Below, piece after piece: positions 25,018 through 37,667 of a stretch of DNA of 64,000 bases. The position numbers and the translations under genes were made by a program. This DNA is from Halocafeteria seosinensis. Taxonomy: Eukaryota. The stretch covers positions 1 through 64,000 of the forward strand of contig LVLI01000148.1 of assembly GCA_001687465.1 (NCBI GenBank), in the 5' to 3' direction. A model generated the notes under the pieces. It saw nothing but the letters and a program-made list of their open reading frames with translations. It ran no database searches and was not told where the DNA came from. Within the stretch, counting starts at the first letter, position 1. Each line of letters starts with the position of its first letter.

Positions 25018-27645
25018 TTACGCGCTTTGCCTCCACTCATGTTGTGCCTGTAAAGCTTTCGGAATAGGACGAGCAAACTTATTCATCACCTCCTGCGCGT
25101 AGGAACTATTTCCGAGTCCAGCGGATTGCAGTGCGGAACTAATCTGCGTGAGTTACTCATAGTTATAGAAGCAGACCACGTTATGGCATTAGCTCTCGTA
25201 CCTTCGAGCGAATATCTGACATTATCGTTCTATCTTCGAATCCACTCTTGTGGAACACACCACGCTCACGCAGCCTGTAAGCTGCTAACGCTTTGTCCAT
25301 TTCTCCCTTCCTGGCCCCAGCAACGGTTTTGCTCTCTGCAAAGGAGTCAAAGGTTGATTTCCCAACTACTGATCTATCCGGAATTGTATCCCCTTCGCTT
25401 GAAGAAGGTTCTCGAGCCTCCAACGCTTTCTCATTCAACCGAGACTCATTCGCTTTATCTTTTTCATGCTGTCGCTGGATATATATTGCGTGGGCAATAC
25501 CCAGTTCTGATGACATAAATGAGTTCGTAGTGTGACTTTGGACACGGTCACTATCAGTCTGCAGGTTTTTCCCAAAAGTTTAATTGTACCAGTTCATGCT
25601 ACCAAATAGTATGACAAACCTGAATGTCCTGTAATTTATCATAATAAGGTACTTCTTTCGCCAACTCTTCCAGGCGACGCTTCTGTTCAAGAGTCATTTG
25701 ACGTTGTTCTTCTTGCTCTACCTTCTTCGTTTCCCACTTCTTCTGCAACGACGAGGAGACAATACGGACGTTTTGAAAGAGAAGAATAACGTACGAAGTT
25801 GACTAACCTGTAACTCCTCATAACGAGCTCTGATTCGAGGCTTATTCTGCTCAATTTGCTCACGTAGTTTTTCTTGTTCCCTTTGCTTTTCTTCTTCCTT
25901 TTCTTCTTGTATTCTAGCTTCCCTTTCAGCCTCTTGCTCTCTATACTGCTGAACTTCTCGTCTTAGCTTCTCTGCATGATTGTCAGCTTTTCTCTGCTGT
26001 TCAAGACGCTCGTTTTCAATTTCCACTTGTGATGACACATCGCTTTGAAGTTTATGCAGTCGCTCTTGTATCTGGACGAAATCGGCGACCATAACAAGTC
26101 ATGAGTTTTTACTAGGGAATAAGACAAACTAACTTTCTGTTGACGGAGCTTTCGTAAGCGTCTATGCCGCCTATGGGCTTCTCTCATTCGTTCATAAGCT
26201 TCGCTCTCCCGCCGATTCACATCTTCTTCGTATCTTTGGGCTTCTTCGAACGATGCCTTCGCCTCTTTCAAGATTTCATCTCGCTCTCTCATCCATTGCT
26301 GCGTTATTTGAGTATAAGCGAATAAGTCATAGTAGGCAAATCAGGTTCAGTCACGCACCTTTTTTTGATCATCAACGTCTCTTCGTCTTGAACGAACTGC
26401 TTCGAATTCGGTGTCATACTTGTCAACCTGATCAGCAGGCCTTCCAGTCTGTTCTGCCACTGCTTTTATCATCTTCTTTCGAGAAAGTGCTAGTCCGCCT
26501 TGCAGCGACATCCCAGAGTGGACTCTCGACTGTTGAGAAGAATCGCATGCTTGTTTCCATTTTAAGAATATTGAATGGAAGTCATTCCATCCGCTTGTGT
26601 CCTGTTGCGCACTGATGTGTTGCATTGACGAATTTATTGAATCAATATCTGCTTCCAGTTGCGACATTCTGTCACGGTAATAGTCTCTCTTTTCCTTCAA
26701 CTTCTCTAGAGCTGTGTTATAGGACGTGATAGGTCATACTATCATCATTGTGACAGTGTAAATTAAAACTTACTCTCGTTAAGGACACTGATATCCGGGC
26801 ACTCATCAGCGCCCACAGAACGAAGAAGCTCGTGAAGCTGTTGGTCGCTCTCGAGATGGCTCCGGTGTCGCCGCTCTCTGGCAGATGATGTAGCTGACAA
26901 GGAAAAGAAGGTCTTTCGGTGATGTGACAGGCTATTGACGGCGGCATCTTTATCCTGCCGCAAGCCATCTGATACATTGGTTATCTCTTCGCGAATTTGA
27001 CTAAGAATGTTGTCAACAACCTCTCTGAGAACATCAAGTCGTTCTTCAGAAGAGTCATTTCCACCTTTCACCTTGTTTACTAATTCCCTCGCCTGTTCCA
27101 ATTGCTCTTGGAAGATTTGCGCCCATTCGTTCCTGCTTTCTTTACTGTGTTGCATCCAATTTAATAGTTCATGTACGGAGCCAGCTGCATTGATATCTTC
27201 TCCGGACTTCTCCAAGTATTGCGAAGACTGCTGGGTTTCTCCATGGTTGGAATGCTGGTCCGCCAAATGCGGGTCGTAAGCTGAAGATTTAGTCGAACCC
27301 AACAAATCGCCTGACATTATAGGGTTGCACATCCAACCTTCCAAGAGTTTGGACAACTCTTTCTCGACTTTTTTCTGTTGCTCATCCAAGTTACGTTGCT
27401 CTTCGACCCAGGACACCTGAAGCCGTAATGATTCACATCTAACCGTTACATTTTTCCAACTGGACGGGTGTGCTACGTACTTTTTGGGAAGATTGCTCTG
27501 TCTGCTTCTTTGCTCGGCCCGCTGAAGCCTTCAGTTTGCGAAATGTCTGTTCAGGGAGAGCATAAGACCCTGTGTAATCCTTCTTCAGCCTCAATCCTTC
27601 GTTTTCTTCTGTTAGAACATACCTTGAGCCCAGCTTGTCCACCAT
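25018..27645 (-). CDS. Coiled-coil protein, CCDC148-like (multi-exon)
   Basis: Long E/K/R-rich coiled-coil exons. C-terminal GFEDRTIMSDIRSK-ISSALQSAGLGNSSYAQEV resembles the CCDC148 tail; stop at 25018-25020. Confidence 0.65.
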
Positions 27646-28439
27646 TGGATTCCATGGCTGTTGCCATCTGAAATTGTTGGTTCAAGGACAAGCCCGGTTT
27701 GAATTTCCCACGTGTATCAATTCGATTAGTCATTTTTCTCGAGTTTTTGGAGCTCATTTCCTTGTGCCGAAAAAATAAAATTGCAAGTGCCCAAGCTCAC
27801 GGGCGAGGCAGTTTCAATCACCTTCAAAACTTTGAAAACAAGTCCTACATAATATGTTTTGGACCGCTTATGAATTACAGCATCTGAGAAGACAAACGGC
27901 TGTGCTGCTGCCTGGATATGTCTATCTAGCCGAATATGCTGGCGGATGTCACTTCTCCACGCATATCTGCATAATTCATCAACACAAATCTTGCCACGTT
28001 TCAATCCAAATTGGATGGAATACCTTCTATATTGCCGACTGAACCTGGGTCGTGCGAACTATCTACTAAACTTCAACGTGTGGTACTTTGTGGGCCCCAA
28101 TAATGTGGCATCTATCATAGACCGTCTATGTTTCACTCAATGACAATTTCGGCAGCGTTAACCAACGGCGCTTGTATTCTTAAGAGTAGGATTAGTGCTT
28201 TATTCGTGTATTGCCTTGTTTGTGTGGTGGGTGGCTTGCTCTCTCAGACGGAGTTCACAGGGGACGGTGCTCAAACATACTATACAGAGCTTCCCCAGCT
28301 ACCCGATCTTCACTATGTGTAACTAATCTTGATCATGAGCATAGCCTAGTTTGTGATGCAGATGAGTGCGTGCTGAACAGCCTGAACGATCGGGAACATC
28401 TCCGTAGTGGATGTTCTGTGAGCGCGTGCTCCATAACAA

Positions 28440-28796
28440 CTATAACGTGTGTTTCTTCTTCTCATACTGCTCGGGAGTCCACGTCTTCATAGTGAGAGCG
28501 TGTATGCTTGGCATCAGGGCAGATAAGGCATCGTTCACCTGTCTTTGGCGGTCAATAAGCGATATTCCTTCGAACTTGTCGGAAACCACTACAAGATTTA
28601 GCTTGCTGCCACATCCATCCGAGAGGTCCTCAACATCCAAATAAGACGGATTAAAGCTTCTGCATGGTCAATTACATGTGAATTGCCATCCGTTCGGTCC
28701 TGTTTCCAAGCGTGTAGGAAAGTGCGGGGATTGTGATACTTACTCATTCAGGATGCGTTTGACCTCGGCGAGAATCGCTGCGCCGTCAGAGGCCAT
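28440..28796 (-). CDS. BolA-like protein (BolA2/3 type)
   Basis: DVEDLSDGCGSKLNLVVVSDKFEG...RQRQVN...IHALTMKTWTP. First exon MASDGAAILAEVKRILNE. Confidence 0.92.
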
Positions 28797-29403
28797 TCTA
28801 AACTAGATCCGCTTCGATGCAATTGAAAAAACAAGAGCTGCAGAATACTATGACAACGGTATCATCTCCCTTCAAACTATCGACAACATTGAGGAAAACT
28901 CGTTTGTGAAGGTGCCGTACAACTACCAACTGCTACTAGTTGATCCATGCGATTCGAGGAAACATATCCATTGACAAGCGAATACACTACCAGCCCGTAC
29001 AACATGCATGGTAAAACAACCTCGGCTCATAATATTGTTTTTTGGAAACTATGGAAACTTGGGCCGTCTTGTTTATAGATGCATTTCATCGAGACAATAA
29101 CTTCCAATAGCTATCCTACTCAGAAGGTATGCAACTCTCTCGGAAGTGGTTGCGAGTCGCTAGTCCCGAAATCCTACTTGAGCCGGAGCACCGAAAGTCC
29201 ATCAACATTCACCGAAACTGAGGGAACCAAGCGGACTGAGAATTACGAATTATGCGCCCTCAGTTCGTTATATATCCAATTTCAACGACAGCTCTTTCCA
29301 GCTTGATTGGATGTTTTCATGTTCACACAACGATAGTCGATTTTGTAGTGGCATGACAGTGCACAAGAGAGATGTCGGACTTGCCCAGAGGCAAATGGAA
29401 TCC

Positions 29404-30466
29404 TTATCCTTCCTTCTCAGCTTGTGAGCTCAAGGTAGTGACTTGAGTGCCATCCCTCTGTGGCCTGGCATCTCTTTTGCCGCGACGTGTTATAGCGAGG
29501 TCCATGTAAGATGCAACCATCTCGGTGGCCTTTTTGCAGGCTCGATTCAAGGACATTACTTGTGTTGAGCTTCCACGACCTGGGTAAAACATTGCAATTA
29601 AATTGTTGTGCAAGGAGAAAGCTATGCAGCATGTTCCCTGTTGGGAAATTATCCTTACCTGTGAACTTGGAGGCGATAATCTCGCTAGAGTTTGTGCCTG
29701 AACAGCATACAAACGCTTCTCCGTGGGCTTCCTGGCGATGACGCATCAGGAACACATGAAAGAATATGAAGATTGGTATTAATGCGCGTTTGCAAGTCCA
29801 ATGGGAACACACCTGCGATTCTGACTCCAGAGGGTCTAATAGCATCGTGTCTTCCGAGCTCAACGCGGCACAAGAAGCAACAAAGATGTTCTTCATCGGA
29901 ATCGAGGAGTCCAAGAGAGCCAAACAGAGACAGTTGACCAGAACACTGTCTAATGAACCGGCATCGTGCAATACCTGTACTGTCACCGTAATTGCAGACC
30001 GAGGAAAGAGTTCCAGCTTCACTACGTTTGATATGATCTGCTGGAGCAATTCTTCCTGTGTTTTTTCCGCGGGCCCAGATCCTCTGTTGGCCTCGGCTGT
30101 ACACATAGCAAAGACAGTACAAATCCAGTTCAAACAATGCTGACTTGCCCCTACCTCTCTGTGCATGAACACAATACGTACTCGGAGGCTTTACAATGAC
30201 TTCCACGCCAGCTCGTTCAGGGTGTTCCAGTCTCGGGTTCGTGCAAGTTTTCGGTCCATATATTGCAATCATTACCGTATTATCCCCTGCACCAGTCAGA
30301 AATAGTATTCACTTTCGTAAATCAACCAGAAATCATGTACAATGGACATACCAGCCGAAAGTCTGGCTGACCCATCAGCTCGAGAGAGCACCGATTGTTC
30401 GCTTAAGAACGGTCTCAGTTGATCATGACCCCTGCCATCGTTTCGAAGGGGGCTCTGTTGTCCCAT
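29404..30466 (-). CDS. RRP46: Exosome complex component RRP46/EXOSC5 (RNase PH fold)
   Basis: RNDGRGHDQLRP...LSRADGSA, IAIYGP, FPRSAITVTVQVLHDAGS and ALLDSSIPM across several exons. Confidence 0.85.
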
Positions 30467-30660
30467 TGTACGTGTATTTGTGTGTGGGCGTGTCTTTGGT
30501 ACAATAATGACAACACGAATGATTACCATCCAAGTACGGTAGATTTTGTGAAGTTGGGTCTCTTTGCCGTCCATTGACTCTTCATTTACGAGGATGTTTT
30601 GGTATTGGTTCACCCACGTTTGGTGTGTGAGTGAGAAAGAGACACAAGAAGGCCGAAAGC

Positions 30661-32193
30661 ATGCCGAAAAGATTGACATTGGAGGAGCAAAAGAGACGCA
30701 CGTGGTCTCTCTTTGGAGCCACGGGTTTCACGGGACGTCGTATAGCCAAGGATGTGGCCTTTCTTATGGCGAATAATCAAATTCCAGAGGATGTCGTGCT
30801 CTGCATCGCAGGGAGAGATGAAGAAAAACTCGAAAGCATGTGCTCGGTACCCTCAGAACATTGTATAGTCGTCGTCTTTGATACAGGGATGTCGAACTTT
30901 TTGTCGATGCAGATCTCAAAGAATGGTTGCTTTCCGAGCATGATGTCCCCAGTCGCCGTATCCGGATGCTTGTAGCGAATGTTAATGCTGAGGAATCTCT
31001 CAAGCACATGGCTCAGGCTAGTTTTCTTGTACTTGATGCTGTTGGTCCTTATCGTATGTACGGAGAACCCGTGGTGAAAGCCTGCGTCAACAACAGTATG
31101 TGCAAGCTAGTTAATGTTTTTGTGATGTAGCTACATAATCCTTCGTTTTTGCGGGCAGAGTGTCATTTCATGGACGTCAGCGGAGAACCAGAGTACATGG
31201 AACGAATAGAACAGTCCTATTACGCGAAAGCACAAGAGGAGGCATTAGTGATCGTATCTGCTTGTGCGTTCGACAGTGTGCCAGGAGACCTAGGCACCAC
31301 TAAAGCAATACAACTCTTTCGTGAAAAATTTCCAAAGGCAGACTTAGAAAAGTAAGGCTTATTGATTCACAGCCAGTTAATAGCTACTGTTTTTTTAGAG
31401 CGCCCTCTGAATGATGTCGCACAGAGTCAAAGAAACTATCACGGTGCATAGCGGTCCGGCTGGATTCCAAGGGCACTTCGCTACATTTGAGTCCGCTGTA
31501 TATGGCTTCGGGTCTCCTAATCAGCTGAGAGAGTTGCGCAAGAGACAATCGAGGGTACCAAAAAAGCAAATCACCGGAAAGTACGAAGAAGGCGGAACAA
31601 GCTTCTTGGGAGTCCAATGGAACCCCACAGTGCAGATGTGGACACTTCCGTTTCCCGGAAGTGACGCGTCAGTCGTAAAACGCACGCAACGCCACAATTA
31701 CGAGATTGATCCAAGTAACAATTTCAACTTCAGCGCCACTTTTGGCATTCCCACGTTTGGAGGGGTGATAAAATTCTTATCTTATGGTTTGGTGTTTCAG
31801 CTGCTGGCTACGTTCTCTTGGGGTAGAAGCTTGCTGCTGAAGTTCCCTAGACTGTTTACGAACGGACTGTTCTCGCACGAGGGTCCATCTGAGGAGCAAA
31901 TGCGTGGGACATCTTTCACCGTTCTGTTGCAATGCTTCGGCATAGAAAAAGAGAGCGAGCAGCAACCCAACCGAGAACGTCGCCTCAACTTCTACTTCAG
32001 GGGTCCTGAACCTGGCTACGTTGCAACACCGCAAATCATAACGAGCTGTGCCCGCGCCCTTCACGAACAACTCGATAAGATTACCGAAAGAGGAGTGTTG
32101 ACTCCCAGCATTGCGTTTCGTCACACTACTGCGATGCAATACATGCAAGAGCGGGGGATGGTTCATGACGTCACCACAGCCAATCTGCAATGA
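30661..32193 (+). CDS. SCCPDH: Saccharopine dehydrogenase-like oxidoreductase
   Basis: FGATGFTG, IAGR, VGPYRMYGEPVV, DVSGEP, CAFDSVPGDLG, GPEPGYVATP and GVLTP motifs. Confidence 0.9.
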
Positions 32194-33729
32194 AGCCAGA
32201 AGAAAAACTAGTGATGAGGACAGCTAACTAAACGCACCATCAATATACACATGTATTAAGGACGGTCAGAGTAACTATGACAAAAATAGTGGTACCATCA
32301 AAGTACAACGGTGCTGATGACCAGCACAGAGCGTTGCTTCAGAACCTAATAAATAGGATTCATCAGTCCGTCCATGTATGCAAGTTCGAAGAGCACCAGG
32401 CGACAACATACCTCGCAATGGCCGTTCGGCTATGCCATCCATGTCATTGTCCAACGCAGACTGCAAGTAAGACGATGTTGCAAACTATAATTCGCGAAGC
32501 AGCACAAGATACAAAGCCGGTCGCGACTCAACCGTTGCGGCAATCTAGGGCACCCAGGACAAAACGCAGTAGGTCATTAGTCCGAAGACATCCCACTCCC
32601 GGTCTATGGTGCCCGAAATGCCCTTTCAGTTTTTGTTTTCAACTATTTTCTCCAGATAGGACTTACATGCTCGGGATACCCTCCCGCGACGGACCAAGTG
32701 GGGACGCTCCTCCTAAGTTTCTGCATTAATAATGGTATACGTCACATATTAGTGGTCCAACACATTCATTCTATGAAAACCGGGCCATTTGCGACACGAT
32801 CGTTCTACCCACCGTACTTGGGTGATTGTCATTCTGGCACTAGGCCGTCCAAAAACCCAATGGGGATGGGAGAATGCCGGTCTGGATGCTCAGCAATGGA
32901 CTTACCTGCCCATATATCTATTTCCTCTTTACTAAGAGCTGCCATCAATGTGCCATATTTTCCCTCTGCAGAAAAAAATACCGGCAGCGGTATGTCTCTT
33001 GGTAAATTGCCCAGTTGCATACGGAGGAAGAAAAAAAAAATGCAGTAGGTGGTTAAGTCCAAGACGTCAGGGGTTTCTATGGGACTGTGTGAACGCCAAT
33101 AGGTCTGGAATGGAACAAGTATCCAGCATTAGCTGCCTGAAACGCAGTCCGTCTTCAAAAGCACGAGAATTCTGAGGCTTCAGCGAGTGTGTAACATTGA
33201 CTTCATGAAAAATGCGTCAGGTCAAGTTTCTGCAAAAGCATCCTCAGCCTTAGACTTCTCCTCCCTAATCGCGCCGCCCACCAAGAAAGGATGGATAAAA
33301 AAGGAACAAACGCCACTAACAGGAGAAGGTCATCACTGCCTTACATGTGCTGTAATGGGCATAGAACGGCCAATATACAGGGACAAACAGTGACACCAGA
33401 ACGGTGTCCTTTTGCTCCTCTGTATTCACCTCATTCCTCACTCATTTTTCTAGGGGATTCCTGGAGCATACCACAAGGAGCATGCACCATTCAATCCATG
33501 TGTATAACTGACTTTGTAGAAAAGCGTATCTAGTGTATTGAGGTCAATAAACTCCTATGGTATCCGGGCCCGGCGCTTCGCCCGGATGCTTGCCGTCTTA
33601 AGCTTACCTAGCTCATTATGGTAGTTGATGAGGGCAATGTTCCATCAGAATTCATCAACAGTATCTTAATCAAGTAGTGTTTATTGTAACTCGTCGGCTG
33701 TGCCAGCGGAAAATCTAAAAAAAAAAAAA

Positions 33730-34889
33730 ATGGAAAGTGTAGAGGTCCAGGAGCCTCCTGAAGATCGACAAGCTTCTCCAGGGGAGGTACAGCGCGATAC
33801 AGGCTCCCATAGGAGGAGAACAGAGGTTTCCCCTCATCAGGAAGCAGGGGAGAAGGAAGAGGGTGAGGACGACGAAGGGTCGGTAGTAGAAGGAGAGGGA
33901 GACAAAGAGGAGGCCGAGAAAGACGACGCAGAAGAGGAGGAAGATGATCTATTATTGACCAAACTTGAGGCTTTAAGATATAGACGTGTACAAGCTCAAC
34001 GAAGGGTTTCGAAGAGTCGGCGAGCGCTGGAGAAGAGCAATACATATTACAAAGGTGGAGACAACGAACAAGGTAGAGGTAAGTCAGGTCTGGTCTTGAG
34101 ACCTCAGCATGCTCCACTTGTTCTCTACTGCCAAAGCGCAGAATCTGAAACGAAGCCCGCAGGACTGGCTTCGGCAATTGTAGGACAGAAGCGAGAGCGT
34201 ACAGACGATACTGCGACGGGTGAATCCCGCGAAGAAAGACCTTCGGAGCAACTAAACGATCCTACCATCAAAAAGAGAAACAAGAAGATGTTTGGCGTGT
34301 TAATGGGTCATCTTGCATCGGCAAAATCCTCGCTGAATACAGCAAAAGAAAAACAGATCCAAAAAAAGCGTGAACAGAGATGGAAAGAAGTGGAGGAAAA
34401 AGAGCAGGAACATTCGGCGAAATTGAAAGAAGACTATGAAAAGCAACATCGGGAAGAACTGCAGCAAGCCGAGCACGAACGGGACCGACTGCTGTCCAAC
34501 GAAGTCGAGCTAGATGCAAAGCTGTTGACATCCAAATTGCAAAAGCACCATAATAGTGTATACTTTGGGGAATGGATTCGAACCCGTGCCCAACCCCAGT
34601 TATTTTGGGCACCGAACAGGTACGCTAGCTATAGTCATTCTTTTTTTGTTTGGGTCTACCTTGAACATGTCTGTGGGAATGCAGCACCGATAAGGACTTC
34701 TGGGAACGAAGCATACCAAGAGCGCACAAGGAAGCAAAACCCGATATCTCAAGAGTAGAGGAAAACTGCAAGACAATACAGGATCAAGCTCAAAAGAAAT
34801 CGCAGTACTTAAGGAGCCAGCTGAGTAGCTCCAAGAACGGAAATGGCCGCTCTGAGCGAGAGGAAGAAGCGGGTGCCATTAGCGACTAG
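33730..34889 (+). CDS. Pinin/SDK/memA domain protein
   Basis: IKKRNKKMFGVLMGHL and WIRTRAQPQLFWAP. Intron 34620-34684 leads to a terminal exon ending in TAG at 34887-34889. Confidence 0.82.
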
Positions 34890-35561
34890 TAGCTGGAAGC
34901 GGATTATCTTCTACAACGACAGCATTTCCATAGACAACTACGGAGGCGTGCAGGCCAATAATTAACCGATTCATCGTGGTAGAGTGTCTGAATGTAACCC
35001 CTGTTATCGCATTCGCTCCTAATTCTACAGCTTCCCTAGCGAGTTTTTCCATGGCCGTTTCGGATGCCTCATTCTGTCGTCGTCCAAACACGTGATAAAC
35101 AACATCAGTTATATGTTAGAACCTAAATGTACTCATTACTTACAAGGAGCTTCGTGTACGAAAAAGTTTCTCCGCCTACCACTCCACTAAGCGCGGACCA
35201 GACGTCGCTGATGATATTTACTGTCCGAACATGCGATGTTACAACGAACCCTACCTCCCGAATAGTCTGTAGTCGCATCAATAGATACTGCGCCACAAAT
35301 CTGTCTACAGGAAACGCTCCTCACCTTTCTGTCGTTGAAATATGGATTGGTGGTGATATAGAAGGCGTCCTTGTACGTATCTTGCCATCCCTCTGTCGAA
35401 AGATTGCGATGAACAGAGAGGCGTCTCTTGTCAACACTGCTCGGTGTTATCCGCGCAAAAATTTCTGTTGGACATGTTACTCCAGGACGATGTGTAAAGT
35501 GAGCAATGCGAGACGAAGGCCTCTGCATAGCTGTCGATAAACATAACCGTCTTCCCGCCAT
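34879..35561 (-). CDS. YbjQ/UPF0145 (putative heavy-metal-binding) family protein, spliced
   Basis: YITTNPYF...TIREVGFV...NIISDVWSALSGVVGGETFSYTKLL-NEASETAMEKLAREAVELGANAITGV...VVYGNAVVV. The Arg/Ser-rich N-terminus may be a mitochondrial presequence. Confidence 0.85.
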
Positions 35562-35969
35562 CTCCCTCAGAACTTCGCCAAGACGTGTACCTCTCTCGTT
35601 TCTAGCGTGTCCTCTGATGAACGGAAGAGAATTGGACTAAACTTGATGGTTGTGACGCACTCCTTTTGTGGAGATTCGAACTGTTGGCCAATAGGGATAG
35701 GTGGTACTGTAGCCTTGTCTGTCTTCACGGTGCATGGATGTAGTCGTGGTCCATTTGAATATTCAGCCGGTAGGCCATAAATTATACACTCTACTACTGC
35801 TAAAGTATCACTAATATTTGACGATCGAACGATCACAAGTACTGTACAACCATCTGAACACCAACAATACCATAACATTCTGCTCGAGTAAGCTGAGCAT
35901 CACATACGTCGGACAAGTCCTCGGAAAGGTTGTACTCTTAACGAAATAATTGTGCAGGATTGTTGCCGT

Positions 35970-36197
35970 ATGTGACAGATAGCCCACCGGCCAGGAAGTT
36001 TACGGCATCCTCTTAACGCCCGTGTTAAGCAGACTGTTTCTGCAGCCTTGCTGACATGCCCGTCAGGTGGCATCGCTATACCGGCGACAACGATGTCTCT
36101 TAACGAGGAGCGGTATGCGCCCGTGTTAAGCAGCGAGGTGAGGGAACGCAACACTGGTTTTGCTCAGGTGGCATCGGGGGTAGGCGATAACGATGTA
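35970..36197 (-). mobile_element. Longest copy of the dispersed repeat family; internally dimeric 3' region of a putative non-LTR retroposon
   Basis: Shares atgtgacagatagcccaccggcc(a/g)ggaagtt with 61342-61372, and ggagcggtat-cgcccgtgttaagcagcga plus gtgagggaacgcaacactggttttgctcagg-ggcatcggg with 49055-49162. Confidence 0.7.
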
Positions 36198-36315
36198 TGA
36201 GACGGCCCTTTGCCTGCCACGGCGACCCCAGAACTAGTTGCTGCAGCGCAATTGGGGTTAAGCGTTGACCCAGACGGAGCAGTTGTAGCCATTGCCATGC
36301 CGCCTTCTACAGTCT

Positions 36316-36990
36316 CTAGGCCACTACTGCCGGTAGCACTTCGTTTTCTCTACGTCTCTCGGTGCGGATCTTGGCGATCTGGGAGTTGATGTCGTTTTGT
36401 TGTTCACGCGTGGGTCTATCCTCGCGGGTGATATGGGTCCGGAACATACCTGCAGGTGATCCGGCATGTTCCTGTCGGTTCTTCCTTCGGAGGAATCCTT
36501 CCACGACAGTCTCACAGAAGCGAAACTTGACATATGCATCAATTTTTGGACCCCGCGTTCCCAAATGCACGAAGTATTCCCAGGTCCAATGGGTGAGGCG
36601 TGACAAGGTGTATGCATCTGTGACCTCCTGCTCTGTTACAGGCAACGTCATGTTGACAACATTGTGGGCACTAGCAGATTGAAAAGGCGCACTGGAACTG
36701 CCAGAAGGGCACTGAAAGATTGAGAAGGGGGTAGAGAAGATTGAGAGGGAGCACTAACCTGGAACTTCTGAAAGACTGGAAAGGCGCACTGGGACTTCTG
36801 GAAGACTAAAAGGGGACACTGGAACTTCTGGAAGACTGAGAACTTGCACTAGAAGATTGAGAAGGGACACTGGAACTTCTGGAAGACTGAGAACTTACAG
36901 CTTCGAAGGAGATGCTGGAATAGACACTGTTTCTGCTATGATAAGATACACGCATGGATAGATATATACTCAATGTCGTTGATTCCAACG
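36316..36990 (-). pseudogene. Degenerate ORF: Ser-rich repeats with a stop and frameshift, followed by a 111-aa open segment
   Basis: SSQSSRSSSVPSQSSSA repeats are broken by TAG at 36806-36808 and a frameshift; the frame then resumes into MTLPVTEQEV... (36316-36651). Confidence 0.4.
36680..36900. repeat. Degenerate minisatellite (ctggaacttctggaagactgaga / agaagattgagaaggg units)
   Basis: Repeated units visible near 36759, 36790, 36820 and 36870. Confidence 0.8.
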
Positions 36991-37379
36991 TTTCTGCAGC
37001 TGCGAATTTTCCAAGAAGGACTCTATTGAGATTTCCTCACAGAAGTTGAATGCAAGAGACCCAGCATGCCGTGCGAAAACACCAGAAGTGTGGTTCGCGG
37101 CCTACAATACCCCCAAAGCGCAAGAGCAAGGATTTATGTTCGGATAGTAAGTAACTGTTGTACGTGCTTTGATTATCACTACCGATAACTGTTTCTGTAT
37201 TCTCTGTTACCGTCCTAGAATTCCTAACTTTTTCCCCTCACTCAAACTTTCTATATATCGTCCCCTGTGTCCCAATTGTATGCCCTATATCTTGTCCGCT
37301 AATTCCTTACATCTCTTCTTGAGTTATCTTGCCCCAGGAGTGGGTCCCAAAACAAGTTTACACCCATACCCCAATGATA

Positions 37380-37667
37380 ACAGCATCTACAGCCATCGCT
37401 TTTCAGTAGTTATCGTGTATATGGTATTCAAGCTGTATGGAAACTTATGTGGTAATATATGCTTTCCTTTATATGCTAGACCACCTCATCAGCTGGTCCA
37501 CACACACACAAATGTGACAGATAGCTGGTCCAACGGAGTCCAAAAACAGGTCTACACTTGTACCTCAATAATTACAGCATCTACAGCCATCGCTTTTTAG
37601 AATGTTATCGTTTATATGGTATTTAAGCTGTATGGAGACTTATATGGTAATATACGCTTTCCTTTAT
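37380..37667. repeat. About 93-bp imperfect direct repeat (37380-37472 and 37574-37667)
   Basis: acagcatctacagccatcgctttt...aagctgtatgga-acttat-tggtaatata-gctttcctttat occurs twice. Confidence 0.9.
37491..37532 (-). mobile_element. 22-nt 5'-truncated retroposon insertion with 10-bp TSD
   Basis: agctggtcca [cacacacacaaatgtgacagat] agctggtcca. Confidence 0.75.

Noticed and set aside
32260..33500. Protein-like ORF fragments on both strands (possible pseudogene)
   Set aside because: Multiple stops, no coherent splice model and no recognisable family.
36680..36900. CRISPR-like spaced repeats
   Set aside because: Units are degenerate and contiguous with no unique spacers, there are no cas genes, and the context is eukaryotic. 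It is a minisatellite.
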